From an uncultured Bacilli bacterium (GTDB taxonomy: Bacteria > Bacillota_I > Bacilli_A > RF39 > UBA660): DNA of 49,929 nt. Below are positions 49,908-49,929 of this stretch, one piece after another (position 1 is the first letter of the stretch; every line of letters begins with the position of its first letter). The stretch spans positions 1 to 49,929 of the forward strand of contig CAKPCM010000002.1 in assembly GCA_934141615.1 (NCBI GenBank). Direction: 5' to 3'. Under the pieces are notes generated by a model. It ran no database searches. It was given only the letters and a program-made list of their open reading frames with translations, and had not been told where the DNA came from. Position numbers and translations under genes: made by a program.

Positions 49908-49929
49908 AATTTGATATAATGAATATGTA

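Overview
This is an AT-rich chromosomal segment from a low-GC, spore-forming Bacillota. The evidence is spoIIR, rpoE (RNAP delta) and femAB-like genes plus Bacillus/Staphylococcus-type synteny; an Erysipelotrichia-like lineage is only a guess. The standard genetic code applies: TGG encodes Trp throughout and all ORFs close under code 11. About 85% of the window is core housekeeping. In order: rplA (5'-partial), L10 leader, rplJ-rplL, a ybxB-like methyltransferase, rpoB-rpoC, tilS-ftsH, a class A PBP, DUF1934-argS-rpoE-prfA-(AP-superfamily gene)-prmC, spoIIR, mntP, fba-murA, a GDSL hydrolase, rpmE, the str operon rpsL-rpsG-fusA-tuf, a FemAB-family transferase, eno, secG-rnr-(capA-like)-smpB, a phosphodiester glycosidase and ssrA (tmRNA). 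The most unusual locus is 34.6-37.9 kb. It holds a 731-aa RpoD-like sigma factor with a ~130-aa internally duplicated insertion ahead of region 4 and a ~270-aa extension after region 4.2. An orphan 340-aa protein is translationally coupled to it. The pair is driven by a promoter whose -35/-10 spacer contains a G10 homopolymer, and it sits inside the otherwise conserved eno | secG-rnr-smpB-ssrA block. Downstream of ssrA lies a small decayed accessory zone. It contains a serine-recombinase remnant flanked by a duplicated ssrA-3'-flank motif, an orphan gene, a DMT-type transporter, an orphan promoter-structured RNA-terminator cassette and a Nudix pseudogene. A TetR regulator and YhgE/Pip membrane protein pair follows. 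Other observations: rifampicin-site (H526N-equivalent) and streptomycin-site (S12 P90-equivalent Ile) substitutions in core genes; two genes whose best SD-supported starts are ATT; and an FtsH with a Rho_N-like tail in a locus that lacks rho at its Bacillus-syntenic position. No CRISPR array, rRNA or tRNA gene was seen.
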